Counted from the first letter of the stretch, positions 13,453-26,542 are shown. The stretch is DNA of 64,000 bases from Fimicolochytrium jonesii (GCF_025526975.1 NW_026515703.1:62001-126000); one strand, 5' to 3'. Notes: generated by a model not told the origin, from the letters alone. Made by a program: numbers and translations.

Positions 13453-15451
13453 ATGTTTCCTCGCCCAATATGGGTCGCCTTGACTTTGGTGGCATCGGCG
13501 CTCCATTGCCGAGCGGAAGCTCCTGGTACGGATATTTAGTTCTGAAGTTGAAAGTCACCTGCAGAACCGGGTGTTGGAGTTCTTACTCACTGGCGGTGCC
13601 TTATGTACAGATTCTGTCTCTTCAGTATACTTCTATCCTCCTCTGAGCGACGCAACTACGCGTGAAATCGATTGGACGTCGGCATCTTCCGTTGTCTCGG
13701 AAGTTGTTGGGATTGCTCAGGGTTTCTCGCAAATACTTCCGGGGGACGAGTCGCCATTGCTGGGGAATGTTGTTAAGGAGGTTCGTGGAGGCGTTTTCGG
13801 ACTTCATGGAGGCACCGTACGCGTCTCTTTCTGCAGAAATCGCTGACAGGTTGGGCGTTGGCAGCTGGGCGTGAATATCCTCGACAAGCCGAAAGCCAAT
13901 CTGTATCTTGTGGTGGAAGATTTTCCCAAGGGTATGCTGAAACGATAGGAGGATGTAACAGCGCGATCTCAATCGCTAACCCGGGGTTCTCTGACATCGT
14001 AGAGCAAACATTGTTCGATAGGACGCCCGCATATAAGATCAATGGGGAAGTGGAAGCTGGGGACGAACTGCTCGGATTTGGAGCGCGAGTCGCCGATCTA
14101 GCAGCTGATGTGGACCCCAGCAGCTGGCCTATCATCATCACGGCAGATCAGTCGTTAGTCGGATATGGACCAGCGGCTCGGGTGACCATCAACAACAGGG
14201 TATGGAGAGAACTGTCGTTCACCTGGATTGGGGCAGGCGCTCAATTCTGACATGCATTTGGGGTCTAGGCTGTGAAGGACAGATCGGCGGGGTTGCTGCC
14301 GGCGAGTTTGGAGCGAACTATCAAGGAAATCGGGTCGACCACGTTTGTGAATATGGAGGCTCACGCTGTTGAGAGTTTTGGGGAGAAGGCTTCCGTTTTC
14401 AAGATTCACCAAGAAGTGAGTGCTGCATCATTGAAGGGAAGGGATGATGTGGATGGTCCCACTAATTTGGCACATCTGTATCTTGTAGGACGACGCCCAG
14501 TTCCTGGTACGTTAGTTCTACTCCGACATGTTGATTAGCTCAATTCCTAACATCGGACACAGGGTGAAATGGAATTTCTCGGCAGCTTCTTTGAGGCTTT
14601 GTTTATCCAGCAAGTGCACGACGGAAAGAAGATTCAGACACTGCCGACACCAAAGTTCCTTGCCATCACCTTGTCGGGTCTGAGTGGCTTGCGAGCTCGG
14701 TACGGCGAAACGTCGGCGCAATACCGGACTGGAGCTGAGATCACCGCTACGATCGTGGAGCAGGTATGCTCCCATGTGGTCGTTTTGACGATTGACGATT
14801 GTGGAGATGTGAACCCATTTCTGGTGTTCGTCGTAGATCGCCGGTCGTTTCTCGGAAATCCATAAGTCGAACGTGCTGGTGGAGGTTCTTGCATTGGCCC
14901 CGTCTGCCTCGACAACCCTCTCCCGTCGTGCTTCCACACTCGCTACAACTACGTGCGCGACCTCGCAAGCGGCGTGCATCTCGTAAGTTACGTCTGCCAA
15001 ACAGTACCCTAGATACACTCCCTAAATGGATCCTTCCTTCCTCAGAGCATTCGCGAACTGCACCAGCCACGGCGCCTGCGTCCCCAAAACAGACGCAAAT
15101 AACGTCACATGCTACACCTGCTCATGCAACAAAAAGTGGACCGACGACAACGGAAAGGCCGTGAAGGGCTTTTCGGGCCCTGTCACGTGGACCGGCGACT
15201 CGTGCCAGTACCAGGACATCTCGGTCTCGTTCCAGATCATATTCTGGTCCAGTGTTTCGTTGATTGTTACGCTTATGTGAGTCGAGCGGGTTAAGTTTTC
15301 CTTGGAAATGTCACTGGTTTGCTGATGGCTCGTTATGTACTCTTTCTTTTTCCTTTCGAATAGCTTCGTGGTGGGCTTGATCGCCAGCGTAGGCGGATCA
15401 GATCAGAACAAAGACGGAGCGGGTTCCGGAAACCGCAGCAAGACAGATTAG
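13453..15451 (+). CDS. Type I membrane protein with C-terminal cysteine-rich DUF3844 (Vps3844-like) domain (multi-exon)
   Basis: Signal peptide MFPRPIWVALTLVASALHCRA. C-terminal NCTSHGAC...CYTCSC...WTGDSCQYQDISVSFQIIFWSSVSLIVTL followed by TM segment and a short tail ending TAG 15449-15451. Confidence 0.7.
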
Positions 15452-15625
15452 AGAGGTGTTGGCTTCAAGGCAACTTGGTGGTCGTTTTGGCACGTCAATG
15501 ATTGATATCACATAATCTCGTCAATTGCGAGGCCATAGTCATGAATGATTTGCCATATCGAGAGTGACTGCCTTCTGTCTATGCTACATGCTACGGCACG
15601 CTAATCTAGATAGGATATCCCGCGA

Positions 15626-16571
15626 CTACTTCTGTTCTAGCTCGACCTGAATCAATAAAAAAAAAACGTGTCAGCAACAAGCTGGAGTAAACTTTCCTCT
15701 TGCGAGACCTCCTCCACGGGCCAGAAACTCACAAGGACACCACCACAATCCTTAGGATGCAAAAACACAACCGGCTTCCCATGCGCGCCAATCTTCGGCT
15801 CCGGATCCAGCGCCCTGATCTTTTTTGCCTTCAGATCAGCCATCGCCGCTTTGATGTCATCGACTTCCACGCAAATGTGGTGTATTCCGCCGTCCGGCTT
15901 CTTGGCCAGGAAGTTTGCTATTGGTGATTTTGGGCCGTAGGGGTGGACTGGTGGGACGGGGATGGGAGGGAAGGTGTGAGAGGAAGTTATTGTGGGGAAT
16001 GGATGGAGGAGGGCCTTACGGAGCTCGATTTTGGTGTTTCCGAGGTTGATGAAGACGGTGTAGACTCCGTGGTCGGGGAGTGCCTAGGGAATGACGAGAT
16101 CAGGTGTTGGTGCGGGCGCCTTATGACTACTGTCGTCCTTCCTCAAACGATATAGAGAGCCACATGGCTCACATACCACTTTCTCCGACACTTTGGCTTT
16201 CAAAACATCACGGTAGAAACTCGTTGCTTTGTCGATGTCCGGCACCGCTGCATAATACGAAAATATCCAAGCTTCAATGAACCGTCCTCTCGCCTGCCAG
16301 TAAATACTATCACGCCCCCTCTGCAACCCGGTTACTCCCTCCTTCTTCCTCAACGTCACCCACCAATAGCAACATGATTCAACTCCCCAATACTCCAAGG
16401 CACTCCGCCGGTCGTTTTAGGGTCCACGCCGATCGGGAACTTTGCCGAGGGCGATGCGGAGAAGGTGCGGCGGGTTTCGAGGTGGCGGGATTGGACGGGG
16501 ATTAGGCGGGATGGTGGGGGGAGACGGGAGGGTTGACGGGCAGCCAGGGCGAGGATGCGGAGGGTGGACAT
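15626..16571 (-). CDS. MCEE: Methylmalonyl-CoA epimerase, mitochondrial (multi-exon)
   Basis: Arg-rich presequence, then LNHVAI|AVPDIDKATSFYRDVLKAKVSE, HGVYTVFINLGNTKIEL, GGIHHICVEVDDI, PKIGAHGKPVVFLHPKDCGGVL|VELEQK. Confidence 0.92.
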
Positions 16572-16898
16572 GTTTAAAACGAGATTAGCGAAGGGACGAG
16601 AGCAGCTGGGTGGTGGCGGACGACGTTCGGCGTGGATCTGGAGGCTCGCAAGCAGAGAATGGTGGAGGTGATTGTGATGTCCGTCTGCCTGCAGACTCAA
16701 GTGCAGAGCAAGCTGTGTCAGCAGTGCTGTCAGGTGGCCTCAGGAAAACGCGCCTTCCATGTTGACGCGTCGCCGCCGAAAGTTGCTCGGGAAAAGACAA
16801 GCCTTTCCACCTGGAAAAACAACACACAAAGCAACCCCAGGTCAACGTCCGCCAGCGTCGTCCGATAATTCTGCACAAACAAGAGGTCTCTGGCAATC

Positions 16899-17584
16899 AT
16901 GGCAGACAAGCAAGGTACCCGCTCGCATCCCGCTCGCATCCATATCAGAGCTAATACCTTCCCCGCTAATTCAGAAACACCACCCCCAGCCCAACCCTCC
17001 AGCACAAACACCGACCCGGTCACTACCAGCCTCTCAGCAGCAAGCGGGAGCATGGGGGGCTTGGTGGCAGCATCAGGGGACGGTGGGGCACCCACAATAA
17101 GTGATACGCACCCGGCAAACAACGGAGTTAATCCACATGAGTCGTTTGGGTTGACCAAGGAGTTACTGGTAAATGTCTAGGAACTTCGCAAGTATGCAGT
17201 GAAGTTGTTGATCGCATTCATGGATTTGTCTTCAGGAAGCCATTGATGCAGGCCGACAACGTGTGACATCTACGGATCCAGACCACATCAACAGCCTGCC
17301 ATTACGCAGCTACTTGGATCAAACGGTCGTGCCGGTGCTGATTGAGGGGTTGAAGGCGCTTGCTAAAGAGAGGTGCATATCCCAACATCCGCGACATCTA
17401 TCAATATCTCTTCACATACTAATCTGCGCCTCGGCTTCATAGACCACCAAACCCATGTGAATACCTTGCAGTATACCTCCTCCGGAACAGTGGGAAGACT
17501 GCTTCTACAGTGGGAGCGACCGCAACGCCGTCGTCGTCGGTGGCTCAGCCGGCTGGTGGAGCATCGACAACTGCTGCTCGGTAA
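16899..17584 (+). CDS. DPY30: Dpy-30/Sdc1 COMPASS subunit (4 exons)
   Basis: Spliced product contains SLPLRSYLDQTVVPVLIEGLKALAKER|PPNPCEYLAVYLL, the Dpy-30 motif. Confidence 0.88.
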
Positions 17585-17652
17585 TCTTTTCTTGGTGGTT
17601 TATATGTATAATGGACTTTCCTATTCCTTGATCGTCATTGATGAACTATGTG

Positions 17653-17946
17653 TTACACACAAATACAACCTATTGTCTCGATGCCCCAATCCAAGCTTGA
17701 GACTATGTTACCCCCGGCACTGTTCAGGTTATAGATGTCTCCATCGGGAAGTCCCTCCGTTCTGTGGAAGTTGTATTTGACAAGTAACGGTTTCCGACTG
17801 GAAAATGCGACGCTCCATGCTTTGCACACCAAGAGGCAGTTGCGCCGATCCGATGGCGAGCCGGTGAGCGCTGCGCGACAGAGGATGCGAGACAGGAGGT
17901 CTGGAGCGGGATATAACGATTTGTAATTGGCTGCAGCGGATGTCAT
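17653..17946 (-). CDS. Short F-box-like ORF (97 aa), possibly a gene remnant
   Basis: YPAPDLLSRILCRAALTGSPSDRRNCLLVCKAW resembles the F-box consensus (LP.E.L..I.......CLLVCK.W). Confidence 0.4.
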   Translation of the reverse strand: MTSAAANYKSLYPAPDLLSRILCRAALTGSPSDRRNCLLVCKAWSVAFSSRKPLLVKYNFHRTEGLPDGDIYNLNSAGGNIVSSLDWGIETIGCICV

Positions 17947-18262
17947 TTGCCTTTGTCCGAAGGACTTTTGAAGATGAAGCGGTGGAGGCTGATGTGCAGC
18001 TTTGTGGTTGGTTGGTTGGTTGGTGATCTGGTTGGTGAGAGAGCGGAGAGTCGGAGCAAACGCGTGAGGCAAGCCTGGCACACTGACAACGGGAGCAAGA
18101 ACTGACGGAACTGGGAAGCTTTCGCACCATCGTCGAAGGCACCGCATCCCTTCGTCGACTGTCGAAGGCCAACAGCAGACTCGAAAAGCACTCACTGCAT
18201 AGTATCTTCTAGCACCTCAGTGCCCGGCGATCACCTCCTCTTCTCTGTGAACAGCCTACAAA

Positions 18263-18762
18263 ATGTCGAGTGTAAACCCATACGAAGAAGGCAAGCCATA
18301 CCCCACAAGTCGTCCAAAAACTTCTTGCACAGCCTAACCTCCTCTTACCCATAGGCTTCTGGGCCCGCACAAAGCGGAAGAACGCCGAGAATCCCTTCAT
18401 CCTGCCCTCCGTCGGCGCAACGCTGTACGCAATGTACAGAATGACCTCGTCGATGCTCCGATCGGACAAGGTCGGATTCCAACAGTCGCAGCAGACGAGG
18501 GTCGCGTTCCAGTTCTTGGCGATTGGGGCGCTTGTTGGTGGGATCTGGTGTGTTGTTTGGGTTTTCCGTAGGCGGATGTAGGTGTATAGAACGTTGCGTG
18601 CTGATTATTTGATAAACTTACAGGTATCAGGACTTTACGAAGAAGCATGAAGCTATGTTGAAGGAGAAGGAGAGGCAGGGGTTGCTGGGGAGTGGTACAC
18701 CGGCCGCAGTGACGCCAACGAACGCCGCTGTGCAGCCGCCGACGCCGACGTCAAAGGCGTGA
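18263..18762 (+). CDS. HIG1-domain protein (Rcf1/HIGD-like respiratory supercomplex factor); exons 18263-18290, 18355-18547, 18624-18762
   Basis: Spliced: MSSVNPYEEGFWARTKRKNAENPFILPSVGATLYAMYRMTSSMLRSDKVGFQQSQQTRVAFQFLAIGALVGGIWYQDF... Absent from the ORF track. Confidence 0.8.
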
Positions 18763-19245
18763 GTTGAGTGTATCTCAGTGAGGAAGTTCATTGAGCACTT
18801 CGCGACATCGCTTGCTGCTTCATCCCGTGCGATCCGCATATTCCGGGCCGATCAGGTATGGCACGTGGATTGTGCCACTTGAGGAGGAGACAGACGCGAA
18901 CTCAGTAGTTTGTCGCTGCTATAGAGTCTTCGCCGCAGCGGTAACTCGGGCGATACATGCCTTCATGGTCGTCCAACGTAGAAAAGCCTCGCTTCGATCA
19001 ATGCCCATTCGTGCTGGGCGTATGTCGCCCGTCACTTGAAAATAAAAGCGACCATGTCTATCATTATTCCTATCGATCATTTTGTATTCTACTCTATCTC
19101 GCTTGCGATCTCACATTCATGATCGATTTGCTGGCACAAAGTATGTACATGACAATCATCTCACATGAAACTGCATAGATACAATAGCACAATTTGTGAA
19201 GTAATAGCCCGTCTGATATCCCCCCCTACTTCCCGCAATCCGCCT

Positions 19246-22200
19246 TCAGTCCAACGACTGGTTATCCGCATTCCTCACCAAATTCACAATCTCCCTTCGT
19301 TCCCTCAACCACTCACTAAACTTGATCGGCATCCGTCTCGGTTTCCCACTGGACGCCAGCACGCCACCAGCAGCGGCGTCCTCCCCTGAATCAGCATCCT
19401 CATCATCCTCAACGTCCGCAATGGTGTTGAGACGTTCCAGCGATCGCGATTTGCGAGCGAGGTTGGCGACGCCGACGAGAGCGGACTGGCCCCGCGATTT
19501 GGCCTTGTCGACTTCCTCCGCGACGACTTCCGCGGTGTCGTCGGGGGTGTCACCGCCAGCTGGCTCCGCGTACACGGCAGGCGGGTACGAAACCGAGGAA
19601 CCGAAAGACGACGGCGGTGCCGTGCTCGTGGGCGATCCGGTGAGCTTCCCTTCGCTCCTCCACCCCGCCCATACCTCCATCAGGTAGTCCGCGAAGACGA
19701 TGAGGTAGAAATATCTGACGAGGTAATTCCTCGCCACATTCATCATCCTATCCTTCTTGGCCTTTTCCGCGGGGGTGTTCTCCGCCATGCTCTCCACCCG
19801 CAGCTTGTAATCATAGACAGCAAGACGGAGATTCTGCACATGGTCGCATGCGTCAATTGCGTTGTCCGTGACTAGTTTCGCGTGCTTGCCGTGTGTAAGC
19901 ACCGCGAGGAGGCGGAGAATAAGGCGGTACTCGCCCCGGGCGTAGCGTCGGCGCACCTGCTCGGGCTGATCGTCGTCAGTCTCCGTGTACGGCGAAGTGG
20001 AAGACGGGAACCAAGACGGTGGAGTGAGCTGCGCGGACTCGTTTTGTGGTGGGTTGCTGTGAGCAACTAGGTGATGGTTTCCGACGATAGTTTCGACGAG
20101 ACAGGTTATGATCATCCCTGTGGTCGTGCGACCGCGTCCCATTTGGCAGTTGAACATGATATCAGTGAATCGGCGGAGACGGGTGAGACGGTCTACTAGA
20201 AGATCGAAGACCTCGGGTATCGGCGCCTGTTCGTCCGTGATGGGGATCCGCAGGTAATCGACCTTATATCCTTCAGCTTGGAAACATTTGTACACCTCCG
20301 ATGGGGTTTGAACGGCGTCTTCCGACACAGTCTCCCACACCGGCACGATGCTAAACCCTTTCTCAGTGACTTCTTCCTCATGTAACAACAGCCTACCACC
20401 ATAATGCTTGAGCTCCGCCAGCGCATCCAGCTTCATCTGGGACTCCATCAACTCCACACGCTCCCTGACGATGCCGGTTGTTTCGAGGTTCGATAAGGGA
20501 TCTTGCAACAGCCTCAAAACGTAAGGCACGCCTGAGACATACAGCACCGGCTCCTCTCTCAGACTCGTCCAGACCAATCTCCGGGATCCATCGGGCACTG
20601 CGCCGACTTTTTCCAAAGCCCGTCTGATCGCCGGCTTGGTGGGCATGCCTATCCCGTACAACGATGACGACGCAGGCGGGTCCTGCTTGGCGTCCGCTTG
20701 GAATTGCATGTACGCCAACTTATCGCTCGAAGGCGTGCCAGTAAGAATAGCATTGCGGCCCAGCTGGTTTTGGACCTTCGACAGTGAAATTCGGCGAAAA
20801 TTCGGTGCGCCATCGACACGTTCCGTCAATGACAGTTTCTGCGCTCCTGGGAACATGTCGCCCTTCAGAATCGACCCTTGGCTGAGAACCGCACCTTTCC
20901 TGCTCTTCACGACTTCCAGCACTTCAGTTGAAAGGGCCATGCCGTCACCGGGACGCAGGTGCTCGACAGGCGTCAGAGCATGAATATCATTCTCCTGCCC
21001 CATGATTCTGACCATTCCCTTCAACTCCGGCCGCTTCTGCAACCACGACGAGAAACTCTGCAGCTCGTTGCTCAGCCCCGGTGGATTTTGGGCAAGATAG
21101 CTCTGGAAGGCGATAAGGAGGAAATAGCGCTTCAACTGCACGAGACCCCTGTCAGTCGCCGCCCGCCGCGTCATGTCGTCCGGCGCGTTCATAGCGTCGA
21201 CTCTCGACGCCTCGATGTCGTCTCGGATGTTGAGGTACTCCCCACACTCGTCGATGACGTCGTCAACTAGCCGTTTGCTCTCCACCCCGTCCCTCACGAC
21301 TCTCAGCAGGCTGTTGGTGATGCTGTAATTGGGTCGAGTGACGGATTTCGTCTGCGGTGGCTCAACGGCGCCGAGCCACAGCAAAACCAAGTAGGCGACA
21401 ACGCACCCCGTAGACGACCTGCCCTTGCCCGTCTGGCACACCATGAGTATCGCAGAATCCTTCAAATCGACCGCGCAAATGACTTTCTGGATGTCGGCGA
21501 AGTCGCTGGGTGATGGTGCGGATTCTGCCGTGATCGGGATCCGCGCGTAATCCATTTCGATGGCAGATTCGGACGCATGTTGTTCGTCCCGGACGAGATT
21601 GAAGACCTCCTGAAGAGTGTGTACATTCTCTGGCGAACAATGCTCCCATTGCGCGACAACTTCGCCGTTGGGAGTCTCCATATGAAGCAAGATGCTCTCA
21701 TCGTATGTAGACAATTCAGCCACCACGTCGCGCTTCAGAGACTCCTCCATCAGTTCCAAACGGGCCGAATCAATGCCCGAGTACGATTTGATGTTCCGCA
21801 AGGTCACAAACTCGTCTCGAAGAACGTAAGGAATTCCATTGATGTATACTAGCGGCTCTTCGCGCAGATTAATCCACACCGCTCTGCGTCGGTCCCCTGA
21901 CCTCTGCTGCAGCTCCTGGATCACGTTTTTCATACCCTGAATCGTAGGTTGCGCGGTCGCGTAGATATTGGCGGTCCGTAGTTTCCGGAACCGTGGGGCG
22001 CCTTCGATGACGTCCTTGACGGCGTCCCAGTGGTCTACTTTGAGGATGTTGTGGGGTGCAAGCACAGCTCCATGTCGCGACTAGTACATCAACCTCAGTC
22101 TTTTGCTCGCCGAACCATGCGAACTTCTCGTACCACCCACCCTTATGACATGCTTCTCCCATTCGAAGGACGATGGCGACTCATCCTGCCAGTTCTGCAT

Positions 22201-23920
22201 GCGTAAGTCTCCTCCGGTAAGCATGGAGAGGTCGTCCAAAGGCCGAAACAGTATCAATTGGGGTGTGGAAACGCGGAACTTCCGCAACATCGTTCCAATT
22301 TCTTACACAAACCGGCAACACTTTAGCACACCATCACTCGCTTGGCCAGAGTTGCCTTTTGCAATGAGGCATACCTGGACGTCTCTCCAGCCATTGAGTG
22401 AATGACACATCAAACCCCTGTGGTGCTACCTCCCGCGCATAGGCAAAGAATGCGAGAAGGAAGTAATACCTTCCCAAGCACGCAACAGCTGCGCGGAGAG
22501 ATTTGGATTCGCCATTGACAGAGTACTTCACGCGATGAAGAAGGATGTCTTCGCGCATGTTGACCATTGCGTCGCACAGGTCTATGATCTCATCCAGTTT
22601 CTGTTTCGGATGAACATATTGAGTTCAAGATGCTATCGCACTCTCCGTGATTCACAAGGAAACTACCTTCTTAAGCTTCGTCCCATTATGTATCGTACTC
22701 GCCAGCTCCATAATGCATCTGTAACCTCCCAGTAAAGCGCTCTTCATATCCGATATCAACGGCGCTCGGGCAAATATCCAGTCGAGAGCGGAACGTGCCG
22801 AGTCAGACGACGCCAATCCTGAGGAACGCGTAAGTGACCCTAAGCCAATTTGGATAAGCGTCCAAACCAGCTTCAGCTCTACCTTGTTCGAGAACATGAA
22901 CCAAACGGAGCATAGCTGTATTTTGCGACTCGCTCTCCTCCAAAGCAGTCAGATCGATCCGTGAGGAATCAGCTCTAATGGCATGGAGCGATGCTCGGGC
23001 GCTGCGTTCACCGTATTGCGCGTTTCGGATGATCATGGCAAGTACCATGGCAAACGTAGCTGCATGACACCAACAAAGAGGAAGAAAGAGGCTTCTTGAT
23101 TATGATTACGCGGTCTCGTTTGCGATGTCCGTGCAACCTCAATGAACATACTTCTGCCTTTGCCCATTCCGCACGTGAAGATGAGCGCATCATCCGGTCT
23201 AGAACTCGTTATGGCATTGATATATGTGTCGATGAACCGGTCCTCGGGCGCTTGTTCTCCGCTTACAGGCACACGGAAATAGGTAACGGGAAACCCTTCC
23301 GCGACAAACGCATCAAAAACCTCTCGAGGTGTCTGAATATGTGGGCGGTCGATGGCCATCCAAGTTGGCACCAGCTTCCCTTCGCTCTCCTCATGCACCA
23401 GCAGCATCCCGTTCCACTTGCTAGCTTCCCTCTCGATGTCCTCTTTCAACCTCGCCTCCATCTGTTCTAAACGTGTGCTGCTGATGCCCTGCACCGACCT
23501 GATGTTGGTGAACGGGCGCTCATTCTCGCGCAGGACAAAAGGCTTGCCATCGAGATAGACGATCGGCTCCTCGCGAGCAGAGAACCATAGGGCTTTGCGA
23601 GTTGTGTTCTGTCCGCGGATCTGCAAGAGCATCAATATGGTACGGATTCCTGTAATTGTTGGTTGAGCGGCGCCCAGGATTTGTGGATCCGCTCTACGAA
23701 AGTTTGGAGCCCCTTCCAGTCTGAGCGGGGCACGAAGAAAGCGTTCAGATGTCTCATAGTGATCACTCTTCAGAATCGTTTGACGGCATAGTACGGAGCC
23801 TTAAGTCAAAGGGATCAGAAAGGTGCCACAGTGTGCATGCCCGAAGAGCCAAGCTGCACCTTGTCGGTTTTTTGGCACTGATGCCGCGGACGCCGCTAGT
23901 AGGGGCACTCTATCGTTCAT
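19246..23920 (-). CDS. Paladin-like phosphatase with three PTP-like (phytase-type) domains (multi-exon)
   Basis: Three repeats of GAPxFR...(A)QPT...REEPxxYxxGxPxVLR...RxPx, with P-loops CGMGKGR, CQTGKGR and CQMGRGR. First exon MNDRVPLLAASAASVPKNRQ|GSVLCRQTILKSDHY. Confidence 0.88.
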
Positions 23921-24955
23921 TTCGCTGAAAACTTCCGCGCACGACAATCGATGCTCTTCTGCGATACCCAGTGACAACGAATTTGATGATCCACCCCACC
24001 TTTTCGTCGACTTCTAGGTTGATGCCTTGTCGGTTTAAATCACCAAGATCGCCGATTTGATATGCGATAGGGGTTCGACCTTTATCGTGCTGACGTGCGA
24101 ATTGGAGTGGAGCGAGAACTCACGTCTACGTCACCCCTCCGTTAGGACCCCTAAACCGAACCCTAAACCTGGCATTGAATCGGCGAAGCTAGCCGCAGAT
24201 GGGCTGGGTTAATTCCACGCCGCTGCTGGCAACAAATGGGGAGCCGGTGGCCACCGAATATCTCCCCATCCGATCCCTGGGATCCAGCACCAACCTCAAA
24301 TTGGTGAACCCCACATGCAACATGATGATGCGGCATTGTGATGATGCCGTTCCAAGGTTCAACAGACTCCAACTTCCCACAACGCAAACCTTCTTTTGGG
24401 CACCTGGGGTAGCTTTGCCGGCCACGCGGAACGTCCAACAATCCGAGGGTTCTTCCCTGCAGGCAAGGGCCCATCGCGCGTTTGTGCAATGGCCTTCAAA
24501 GAAATTATGACGGGGATAGGGTGATCGCTTCCGCAGCAGGTTGAACTCTTGTCGGAAAGCCCCACAGCGGCCCAAAAAACCGTTGCAATCAAAATCGTAT
24601 GGCAACTACGGATTTTGATTAGTTGTTAGTTTAGGAGTGGGTAGCCGAAAGCTCCGCTCCATCGGGCACCCTGACTGAGCGGCGGAGCGCGCTTCAAGCA
24701 GGCAAAGAAAACCATAAAGCAGCACCGCAGCCGTTCCCAGCCTTTCGCTTTCGGAGACTTCCCCCAAAGTAGAAAGGTATGTTTGAAAGGCTTCACTAAA
24801 GTAGAAGCACTTTAGGGCAGCAGTGAACCGCCTCTATATCGCGAAGACTGTGGGAGTTGGGAGACCGCTTAGGGAGCATCCTGGATTCCATTCCTAGACT
24901 ATCCGCAAAACCCTCTCGTTAGAAGCGATATCCGTGATCTGACCTATTTTCCCAG

Positions 24956-26542
24956 ATGACGGTCCTCAACCACGACGTCCTCCAGGTGGCGCCTACCCGG
25001 CACCACATCGAAGGTTCGGGTAACTCCGCCTTCTCGAACCTCCAGCTTTTCGGCGCCATTGCCGGAGTTCCGCTCGCCGTGATCGTCTTGACCGGCTGGT
25101 CTCTGTCTTGGTACCCGTTGGTGCTTGCCGTTTTAGGTCTGCCCGTGTTCGCCGGCTTCAATGTCCTTTTTGCGCGCTACGCTCCTCCGCTTCGCCCTCA
25201 GAGGGGTTTGCCAGGCAAAAATCTCGAGGAGTACATGGAGATCAAGGATGCTGAGCTGAAGAGGCACTACCACACCAAGTCCAAGATTCCCATCGAGACG
25301 TTCTTCGAGAGCTACTTTGATGAGAAGATCGACATCAAGGACGACATGCTGGAGTTGCTTGAGGCTCGTTACGACTGGGCCTCGTTCACCTGGACAATCG
25401 GCCAAGTCAAGTTCTTCTTGACCCAGTGGGTCCCTGAGACTCTCTGGCATTCGAAGAAGCAGGACGAGAACCAGGTCCGCGATCACTACGACCGTGGTGA
25501 TGACTTCTACAACGCTTTCCGTGAGTCAAATTCCGCCGGCCGTAACAAAATAGGCACAGTAAACTAACCGAGGCTTTGTCTCACCACAGTTGGACCTATG
25601 ATGATCTACACGTCTGGCATCATGACCAAGAAGGACGAGCGTCAGACCCTAGAGGAGATTCAGCAGAATAAGCTGGAGCTCGTATCCAAGAAGATTCAGC
25701 TGAAGTCCGGAGACCGCATGCTTGACATTGGTTGCGGTTGGGGAACTCTCGCCGTCCACGCCGCTAAGCAGGGCGCCAAGGTCACCGGTGTGACCCTTGG
25801 AAAGAACCAGACTGCGTGGGGAACTCGCAAGGCCGAGGAAGCCAACGTTGCTTCCAACGTCAACATTCTGTGCATGGACTACCGTGACATCCCGTTCCAA
25901 AAGTACGACAAGATCACTTGCCTCGAGATGGCCGAGCATGTCGGCGTATTGCGATTCCAGACCTTCTTGAAGCAGGTCCGGGAGATGCTCGAGGACGACG
26001 GTATCTTCTTCCTCCAGATCGCCGGTCTCCGTCGTACCTGGCAGTACGAGGACCTCATGTGGGGTGTAAGTTGAAAAACGTATCTTGAGCACCATGAGGA
26101 AACGAGTACCGATAGTAATATCTTCTTCTCCACAGCTTTTCATGGCCAAGTACGTCTTCCCCGGAGCTGACGCGTCCACGCCATTGAACTGGTACATCGA
26201 GCAGCTCGAGCGCGCCGGTTTCGAGATTGAGTCCAGTGAGACTCTGGGTGTTCACTACTCCACGACCATCTACCGCTGGTACTCCAACTGGCTTAAGAAC
26301 AAGGATAAGATTGTTGCTAAGTACGGTGTCCGCTGGTTCAGGATCTGGGAGGTATGTTATTGCTTGTCGGCAGGATATAAAATCTGTCAGATTGTACTCA
26401 CTCGTTCTCTCCTCCACACCATCAGTACTTCTTGGCCTACTCTACCATCGTCGCCAGGCAAGGAAGCGCAACAGTCTACCAGCTCGTCTGCCACAAGAAC
26501 CTCAACTCGTTCGACCGTACCCGTTTCATCAAGGCTCGTTAA
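24956..26542 (+). CDS. Sphingolipid C9-methyltransferase (cyclopropane fatty acid synthase family; 4 coding exons)
   Basis: Two N-terminal TM helices, HSKKQDENQVRDHYDRGDDFY, SAM-binding LDIGCGWG, KITCLEMAEHVG, YVFPGADAS. Confidence 0.88.

Noticed and set aside
24148..24170. Two CCCTAAA telomere-like units
   Set aside because: Only two interrupted copies; insufficient to call an interstitial telomere or telo-box.
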